Source: an uncultured Oscillospiraceae bacterium (GTDB lineage: Bacteria > Bacillota > Clostridia > Christensenellales > QALW01). From it: a stretch of 43,974 bases of DNA. The translations under genes were made by a program, and so were the position numbers. Shown one piece after another: positions 37,623 to 43,974 of this stretch (its first letter is position 1; each line of letters opens with the position of its first letter). The stretch is taken from positions 1 through 43,974 of the forward strand of contig CAZBLS010000004.1 in NCBI GenBank assembly GCA_964492705.1. The letters are read 5' to 3'. A model generated the notes under the pieces. That model saw only the letters and a program-made list of their open reading frames with translations. It had not been told where the DNA came from and did no database searches.

Positions 37623-39577
37623 AGTTTATCATTGCCGAAAGTGCGGGATTTTGCTTCGGCGTAAAAAAAGCGGTGGAAACCGTTGAAAACAGTATCGGAA
37701 AGTATGACAAACTTTATACTTACGGCGAAATAATACATAATCCGCAGGTTGTAAATCTCTTTAAGGAAAAGGGTGTTTATCCCATAAACAGCCCCGATGA
37801 GGCGGAAAAAGGCAGTACGGTAATAATCCGAAGTCACGGTGCACCGCAAAGTATTTTGGACGAATTTGAGCAAAAAGGCGTAAAAACCGTGGATGCAACC
37901 TGCCCTTTTGTAAAAAGAATACAAAAAATCGTGCAAAACGCTTTACAAAAAACGGATTTTATTGTTATAATAGGCGAGAAGTTTCATCCGGAAGTTATAG
38001 GCATTAACGGACATTGCCTCGATAAGGCGCACGTTATAAATTCCGCAAAAGAAGCGACGGAGTTGCCCGATACGGAAAAAGAAGTCGTTGCAGTTGTACA
38101 GACCACTGCTCGGAAAGAACTTTTTTGCGAAATATCGGACATACTTAAAAACAAATATAAGAATATCGAAATTTACGATACCATATGCGATGCTACGGTT
38201 ATGCGCCAAAGGGAAGCGGAAGACATTGCAAAAAAATCGGATATTACGGTAGTTGTCGGCGGAAAACAGAGTTCAAATACCGCCAAACTGTATAAAATAT
38301 GCAGTGAACAGTGCAAGAGAACCTATGCGGCGGAAACCGCAGACGAAGTTTCCGCCATTACAATACACAAAAACGATATCATAGGTGTGACCGCCGGTGC
38401 TTCCACGCCGGATGGGTTGATAAAGGAGGTTGTGGAGAGAATGAGCGAAAATGAAATTTTTGCCGAAGCACTGAGTTTTGAAGAGGAGATGGACAAAACT
38501 CTGGTGAAAATCCGCCCCGGTCAGGTGATCAAGGGCAAAGTCATCTACGTTAAAGACAATGAGGTTAGCGTGGATATCGGTTATAAAGCCGACGGAATAA
38601 TTGCAAAAGAGGAACTTACGGCTTCCGGTGAAGAGGATCCTAAGGATCTGTTTAAAGAGAATGATGAGATCGACGTGGAAGTTCTCAAAGTAAATGACGG
38701 TAACGGCAACGTTATCCTTTCAAGAAAAAGAATTGTTGAACGCATTAAAGCAGACGCAACTCTTGCTACCGTTTCCAATGGAGAAATTTTTGAAGTAACC
38801 GTTAAGGAAGCAGTTAAGGGCGGACTTACCGCTGATTATGACGGCGTAAGAGTATTTATTCCCCGTTCGCAGATCAGAGCAAACGGCTATGCACACGATG
38901 TTGACCGTTACGTAGGTAAAACTCTCCGTGTACGTGCACTTGAAGTTGACAGCAAACATCACAAAATCGTTGCTACTCACGGTGCGGTAGTTGCCGAAGA
39001 AAAACAGGCTGCTTTTGAAGAGGCTTGGTCAAAACTTGCAGAGGGTGCAACCGTTAAAGGTGTTGTACGCAGGCTTACCGATTTCGGCGCATTTGTTGAC
39101 GTTGGCGGAATTGACGGACTTGTACATATCGGCGACCTTGCTTGGTACCGTATTGCAAAACCCTCCGACGTACTTGCGGTAGGTGATGAAATCGAGGTAG
39201 TTATCCTTAACCTTGATAAGGAAACTCAAAGGATTTCGCTCGGATACAAACAACTTCAACCCAAACCTTGGGATCTTGCGGAGACCAAATATCCCGTTGA
39301 TACTATCGTTAAGGGCACGGTTGTTCGCATTACCGCTTTCGGCGCTTTTGTAAATCTTGAACCCGGAATTGACGGTCTTGTTCATATTTCCGAAGTTTCA
39401 AACCGCTTTGTTGCAAAAGTTGACGAGGCAGTAAGAGTTGGCGATGAGATCGAAGCACTTGTTTTGGATGTTAATCCCGAAGAAAAGCGCATCAGCCTCA
39501 GCATTAAGGCACTCCTTGATGACGGTTCGGAAGATGTAGAGTACAACGAAGAAATCGTTGAGGACGAAGAAAACTGA
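37619..39577 (+). CDS. ispH: bifunctional IspH (HMBPP reductase) / ribosomal protein S1 fusion
   Basis: AGFCFGV, DATCPFV, TICDAT, SSNT and TAGASTP (IspH), followed in frame by S1 repeats (DFGAFVD.GG.DGLVHI, FGAFVNLEPGIDGLVHISE, RISLSIK). Confidence 0.95.
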   Translation: MKFIIAESAGFCFGVKKAVETVENSIGKYDKLYTYGEIIHNPQVVNLFKEKGVYPINSPDEAEKGSTVIIRSHGAPQSILDEFEQKGVKTVDATCPFVKRIQKIVQNALQKTDFIVIIGEKFHPEVIGINGHCLDKAHVINSAKEATELPDTEKEVVAVVQTTARKELFCEISDILKNKYKNIEIYDTICDATVMRQREAEDIAKKSDITVVVGGKQSSNTAKLYKICSEQCKRTYAAETADEVSAITIHKNDIIGVTAGASTPDGLIKEVVERMSENEIFAEALSFEEEMDKTLVKIRPGQVIKGKVIYVKDNEVSVDIGYKADGIIAKEELTASGEEDPKDLFKENDEIDVEVLKVNDGNGNVILSRKRIVERIKADATLATVSNGEIFEVTVKEAVKGGLTADYDGVRVFIPRSQIRANGYAHDVDRYVGKTLRVRALEVDSKHHKIVATHGAVVAEEKQAAFEEAWSKLAEGATVKGVVRRLTDFGAFVDVGGIDGLVHIGDLAWYRIAKPSDVLAVGDEIEVVILNLDKETQRISLGYKQLQPKPWDLAETKYPVDTIVKGTVVRITAFGAFVNLEPGIDGLVHISEVSNRFVAKVDEAVRVGDEIEALVLDVNPEEKRISLSIKALLDDGSEDVEYNEEIVEDEEN

Positions 39578-39596
39578 ATTCAGGCATAATTATGCA

Positions 39597-39627
39597 CCCC
39601 GAAAGCGTTGCTTTCGGGGCTTTTTTT
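39597..39627 (+). terminator. intrinsic terminator after ispH-rpsA
   Basis: CCCCGAAAGC/GCTTTCGGGG stem plus T7. Confidence 0.88.
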
Positions 39628-39974
39628 GTTGCAAAAACGGAAAACGCCGTATGTTTTCGGTGCGGAATAAAAATATGTTAGGCTAACGGGAGTTTCGGTA
39701 GGGAGAAACGATAAAAATGCAGGGAGAAAAAATTTTTTTAACGATGTAAGTTTTCAAAACGGATAGATGATAAAATGCGATGCAAATATACCCCACCAAT
39801 ACGGCAATTTTACGGTAAAGCAAAAATGTACTTTGAATTCGATTTATAAAAATCAGGGTGACGGGTGTTTTACAGAGGACAGGCAAATTTTTTTACCGTT
39901 GAAATGTGAAAGGCAAGAAAATGGGGAAATAGGAAAAACCGTAATGCAGTGGCAGGAGAGATAAAATGACAAAG

Positions 39975-40014
39975 AAAAAAGCAAAGAGAGAAAGTGAAAA
40001 CCTTCTCTCTTTGC
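39975..40014 (-). terminator. intrinsic terminator after the DUF4038 gene
   Basis: GCAAAGAGAGAA/TTCTCTCTTTGC inverted repeat with a T6 run on the minus strand. Confidence 0.8.
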
Positions 40015-40042
40015 AATAAGAAGAACTTTTTAAAAAGAAAAC

Positions 40043-42124
40043 TTAATCTTCGCTCTTTTTGAATACACCGAGTTTTGTAATTTGGAGTTTTTCCATATAA
40101 TCGGTGGAGTTTAAGAAGAGTTTAACGTAACGGTAAGTGCCGTGGAGAGTATCGTAATAGGTGGAATACTTTCCGCCTACTGCAACTCTGCGACCTACTC
40201 GCTCGGTGAGCATCTCGTAATTTACACCGTCGTGAGAACCGAAAACTTTAAATTCGATAAACTGATAGTTTGCGTTGTTGGCATTAAGGTTAAGATAACC
40301 CAATTCCTGCTCCGAACCCAAATCGATAACAAACGTTTGGCTTACCTGAGGTGCAAAAGCACACCAATAAGTGTCGGGGTTGCCGTCGGTAAGGTTGCTT
40401 GCGGGATGTGCATCGTCTTCACTTGAAGCGGTAACTGTGATAGGAGTGATCTCATCACCGAGTTTTGCATCGGTGGGGGAAATAACAGGTGTGTCTACGG
40501 GATAGGGCTCTGTCTCGTAGGGACCCAAGTCTACGCAGTTAAGCAACAGCGTCCAGTCACGTTCCGAGGGAAGTTCGGGTACGCTTGCCGTTCCGTTTTC
40601 GGAGGTAACGGTATCGGGAAGATCCACAAATTTGCCGTTTATTGTATCAAACCAACGGGTCTGATATTTTGTGTTGGGTTTAAGACCCATAAGCATACCG
40701 CTTTCGTGGCACTTGCCGAAGAAATAGTACACGAGTACGTCATTGCCGTTGTGGGAAACGGCAACGCTCTTACGCATTTCAAAAGCACCCAACGTATGGT
40801 CGAAACTGGGCTCCAATTTGCTCCAACCTACGTATTCGTAGAATTTTTTAAGATAGGAAATCTCGGTGGAACCGGGTTTATCCATACCTATATACCAAGG
40901 CTCGGGTGAGTAGGAAAGCCAACCTTGGTCATCTCTTTGGTTCCAACCCATTGCCCAAATGCCCGTTACACCGTAGGTAAAGCCGGCACTGCCGTTCTGT
41001 ACGGCTTGCCAAGCACCCATACGCGGAGCATCATAACCGTTGAAAGCACCGCAGTAAATGTCTTCGTACTGACATTCGGTTTCGATATAGGGCTTGATTT
41101 TTTCATTATTATAATAACTCTGATAGAATCTGCGAGGTTTAAGGGAGGGATATCCGCCGTGACCTGCCTGTAAAATCCAAACCTGATGCCAAGGAGAGTC
41201 GTCAAGTTCCCTTGCACGGTCATCGGAAGACTCAATAGGATACATATGTGCGCCGTTGGGACGGTGATATCCGTCAAGTTTGCTAACAAGTGCACCTACC
41301 TGTTTGTAAATTTCAAAGGTGTCAAAGCGTCTGTCGGTAATTTCCTGTCCCGTGATCCAAATAACGGGATAGCAAGCATAACGGGCAATGCAGTAGCGGG
41401 CAAAAGCAAGAATAGGTTTGGGATCACTGCCGTAGCGACCGATAGAGCTTACGTGCACGCCGAATCCCATTGCCACGGTAATGCCGATTGAAGCAAGGTA
41501 TTCGATCATAACGTCCATAGTTTCGTTAAATGCCTGAGGATTGATAAGCGTGTATTTTTCCGTCCACCAATGGTGTACTCGCTTGTTTCCTCCGCCGTCG
41601 GACTCAGCTGAATCAAAATAAGTCTGATAAACGTTAAAGCCCTTTTTCTTTCTGTCGTCGGCAAGGTGTTTAAACTGATTACCGCAGTTGCAGCCGGGGT
41701 AGTTGCACTCGTGCAAACGCTCAAAGTCGGGCATCTGCCAATGGGTATCGCCTATGTAGAAGAAAGGCGTTCCGTCGGCGTAAACAAGGTGACGGCAATT
41801 CTCTTTTACAGTAACGTAACCGTGCTCTTCAAGTTCGGTTTCGGGAGTGGCGGTAAGAGCATTTACCGTACCTGCATCGGTAAGGGAAGCGTTTTCACTG
41901 TCGGAACAGGTTACGGTGTAGGTCCACTCGCCTGCTTCGTCAGGTGAAAAACGTACTTTCCACTCATCGTTTCCGTTCCAGAAACCGGGGAGAGAAACCT
42001 GTTTTCCGCTTTTTGCGTGGGTAAATACCGCATCGATTTCCACGTCAAGGAAAGGATTGGCGTAGGTCTTGGTGCTGTGCAAAACAACTTCGCAACGTTT
42101 AAAGACCTTAACTTCGAGATTCAT
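40043..42124 (-). CDS. cytoplasmic DUF5060 + DUF4038 (GH140-related) protein with C-terminal F5/8 type C (CBM32-like) domain
   Basis: Start reassigned to ATG 42124 (GGAGG RBS). Motifs GFWNGNDEWKVRFSP, DGTPFFYIGDTHW, ARYACYPVIW.TGQE, GFTYG and ASNLTDGNPDTYW...IDLG...YRYVKL; no signal peptide. Confidence 0.82.
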   Translation of the reverse strand: MNLEVKVFKRCEVVLHSTKTYANPFLDVEIDAVFTHAKSGKQVSLPGFWNGNDEWKVRFSPDEAGEWTYTVTCSDSENASLTDAGTVNALTATPETELEEHGYVTVKENCRHLVYADGTPFFYIGDTHWQMPDFERLHECNYPGCNCGNQFKHLADDRKKKGFNVYQTYFDSAESDGGGNKRVHHWWTEKYTLINPQAFNETMDVMIEYLASIGITVAMGFGVHVSSIGRYGSDPKPILAFARYCIARYACYPVIWITGQEITDRRFDTFEIYKQVGALVSKLDGYHRPNGAHMYPIESSDDRARELDDSPWHQVWILQAGHGGYPSLKPRRFYQSYYNNEKIKPYIETECQYEDIYCGAFNGYDAPRMGAWQAVQNGSAGFTYGVTGIWAMGWNQRDDQGWLSYSPEPWYIGMDKPGSTEISYLKKFYEYVGWSKLEPSFDHTLGAFEMRKSVAVSHNGNDVLVYYFFGKCHESGMLMGLKPNTKYQTRWFDTINGKFVDLPDTVTSENGTASVPELPSERDWTLLLNCVDLGPYETEPYPVDTPVISPTDAKLGDEITPITVTASSEDDAHPASNLTDGNPDTYWCAFAPQVSQTFVIDLGSEQELGYLNLNANNANYQFIEFKVFGSHDGVNYEMLTERVGRRVAVGGKYSTYYDTLHGTYRYVKLFLNSTDYMEKLQITKLGVFKKSED

Positions 42125-42212
42125 TTTAATTTCCTCCTGATATACGCATTTTAGCGTATTTTCGGGCAAATAGTTTCCCGATTTGATTGCGATGTTCATT
42201 ACATCTGTGTGT

Positions 42213-42241
42213 ATTGTAACATATCCACCGATATATTACAA
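42213..42241 (-). promoter_or_regulatory. putative promoter of the DUF4038 gene
   Basis: Minus strand TTGTAA-17 nt-TACAAT with an extended TG. Confidence 0.5.
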
Positions 42242-42270
42242 CTGAAAAATGCACTTTTTTTGAAAATTTT

Positions 42271-43482
42271 TCAAAAAAGCGGAACCACGTCTTCTTTCTG
42301 CCGCGTCATCCATTTTCCGCCGGTGAAATCGGGTACTTCCTGTACTGCACCGCCCATAGCAACGGATTTTTCCGACAGTGGAGATATCGCCGCCCAAAGG
42401 GCACCGTCGTAAACATCTATGGGCATAGGCTTGCATTCTTTTAAAGCGTCGAAAAATGCTTTGTAGCAAAACCAATCCATACCGCCGTGACCCTTGCGTC
42501 TGTCTTCCGCAGTGACGTTTTTCCAAATATCGGGGCGGAGGGAAGCAAAATCGGAAGCGTTGTTAAGCACTTTTTCGGTATGTTCCGCAGGCGACCAATA
42601 TTCTTTGTCATCGTCAAAGAAGAAAGAGTTCGTGTCCATAAAATACGAACCTTTTGTTCCTCTTACGGTAAATGAACGGGAATAGGAACGGGGGAGAGTG
42701 GTATCGAGTGTAAGGCGGATAAGCGTGCCGTCGGAGCATTTAAGCAGAGTTTCCACTATATCGCCCTGTAAAAAATCGGTATTGAGCATTTCTTCGGTGG
42801 CGTCTTCACGGGAAGATATATATTCTTTAAGGCCTGCCGATTTTGACGCAAAAGACGAAAGGGAAACTATCCTGTTGCCCCTGTTTATGTTAAGCAAACG
42901 GGCGATAGGCCCCAGTTCGTGGGTAGGGTAGTTTTCAAGACACCTGTTTTTATAGTTATCAAACCGATAATGCCTGTTTTTGTGCCCGTAGGCGATTTCT
43001 TCTCTTAAATCGTGCCCGTATGCGCCCGAGCAGGCAACCACTGTGCCCAATTTTCCTCGGCGTACAAGGCTTGTGGCAAGCAGTTCTTCCTCGCCGTAAC
43101 AGCAGTTTTCCAAAAACATATAGGGTGTGGAAGTTTTCTCCTGTGTACGTACAAGTTTAAAGCAGTTTTCCAAACTGTATTCTCCGCCAACTTCACAGCC
43201 AACGGGAATACCCTTTTCCATTGCGTAAACGGCTATTTCGCAATGGGTTTCCCAAGAAGTGAAAATGAGCGTTGCATCGAGATTTCCTACCGAAAGCGCC
43301 TGACGGTAATCGGTGAAGACTTTCGGCGCAAAGCCGAAACTTATGCAGTCTTTTTCCGCCGAAAAAGCACGGTCTTCATACTTATCGCAGACGGAAACTA
43401 TATTTATTTCTTTCATTTTTGCCAAAACGTGGGTGGTTACTTCACGGCCTCGACAGCCGTAACCGATAATTGCTATGTTCAT
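42271..43482 (-). CDS. Gfo/Idh/MocA-family NAD+-dependent glycosidase (GH109-like)
   Basis: IIGYGCRG Rossmann motif plus LENCCY, YPTHELGP, LPRSYS and GHGGMD motifs typical of GH109. Confidence 0.85.
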   Translation of the reverse strand: MNIAIIGYGCRGREVTTHVLAKMKEINIVSVCDKYEDRAFSAEKDCISFGFAPKVFTDYRQALSVGNLDATLIFTSWETHCEIAVYAMEKGIPVGCEVGGEYSLENCFKLVRTQEKTSTPYMFLENCCYGEEELLATSLVRRGKLGTVVACSGAYGHDLREEIAYGHKNRHYRFDNYKNRCLENYPTHELGPIARLLNINRGNRIVSLSSFASKSAGLKEYISSREDATEEMLNTDFLQGDIVETLLKCSDGTLIRLTLDTTLPRSYSRSFTVRGTKGSYFMDTNSFFFDDDKEYWSPAEHTEKVLNNASDFASLRPDIWKNVTAEDRRKGHGGMDWFCYKAFFDALKECKPMPIDVYDGALWAAISPLSEKSVAMGGAVQEVPDFTGGKWMTRQKEDVVPLF

Positions 43483-43504
43483 TTTTTTGTTCTCCTTTTT
43501 CTAT

Positions 43505-43533
43505 ATTATAACTTATGAAAAGCAAAATATCAA
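43505..43533 (-). promoter_or_regulatory. promoter of the GH109-like gene
   Basis: Minus strand TTGATA-17 nt-TATAAT. Confidence 0.65.
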
Positions 43534-43702
43534 CGGTAAAAATCAATTTTTACATAAAGCAAAGAAGAACTTACCGAAATTTACGGATTTTATCTGCGGA
43601 GAATGCCGAAAAAAAGCAAAAAATCAAGTATTTGCAAATTTATGCTTGAAAAAAATCGAAAAGCGTGTATAATAAAGTAAATAAATAACGGAGGATTATA
43701 AA

Positions 43703-43974
43703 ATGAGCCAGTTACATATTATCGACCATCCCCTTGTACAGCACAAACTTACAATAATGAGAGAGATACAGACAGGACCCAAAGATTTCAGAGAACTGCT
43801 TAATGAAATCACCACGCTTATGGGATATGAGATCACCCGTGATTTTCCCCTTTGCGACCGTGAAATAGATACGCCCCTTTGCAAAACCGTAGGCAAGACC
43901 ATTGACGGCAAAAAAGTTGCAATTGTTCCCATACTCAGGGCAGGTCTCGGTATGGTTGACGGTCTGCTTTCCCT
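43703..43974 (+). CDS. upp: uracil phosphoribosyltransferase, 5' portion (runs off window edge)
   Basis: [20 protein letters not shown]...FRELLNEI...[13 protein letters not shown]; GGAGG RBS. Confidence 0.95.
   Translation, partial: MSQLHIIDHPLVQHKLTIMREIQTGPKDFRELLNEITTLMGYEITRDFPLCDREIDTPLCKTVGKTIDGKKVAIVPILRAGLGMVDGLLS

Noticed and set aside
39630-39975. Short ORFs in the convergent intergenic region after ispH-rpsA
   Set aside because: They lie between two terminators, lack RBSs or motifs, and show no clear repeat or RNA structure.
1-43974. CRISPR arrays, tRNA/rRNA genes, prophage or defence systems, and the many antisense ORFs in the track
   Set aside because: No regularly spaced repeats, tRNA or rRNA signatures, or phage and defence motifs were seen. 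The antisense ORFs overlap well-supported genes.

Overview
Chromosomal window from a spore-forming Clostridia-class bacterium; the taxon is inferred from gene content, such as the yqfC/yqfD/ytfJ sporulation genes and the ispH-rpsA fusion. Conserved core blocks are rpsU-yqfC-yqfD-phoH-pgpH-ybeY-femX, rpmG-secE-nusG-rplK-rplA-rplJ-rplL with ribosomal-protein leader RNAs, mrp-birA-bioY, ytfI-ytfJ-dacB-rluB, a Na+-pumping oxaloacetate decarboxylase operon, rpiR-flavoprotein-cmk-plsC-ispH/rpsA, and upp. Three accessory segments interrupt these blocks. (1) After rplL there is a decayed IS3 element. It is followed by a 1525-aa secreted multi-domain DUF5060/DUF4038 glycosidase-like protein with no recognisable anchor, co-transcribed with an unannotated 41-aa peptide carrying a YxxP...LTxS leader-like motif, then a pseudogene and orphan genes. 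(2) A short glycyl radical enzyme with atypical AACWE and RIWGW motifs is translationally coupled to its activase and to a Sip1/GH36 alpha-galactosidase-like gene. (3) A cytoplasmic DUF5060/DUF4038-CBM32 paralog sits next to a GH109-like enzyme. The best candidates for undescribed biology are the GRE-activase-GH36 operon and the large secreted protein plus small peptide pair. No tRNA, rRNA or CRISPR array was seen. All family assignments come from motif recognition; no searches were run.
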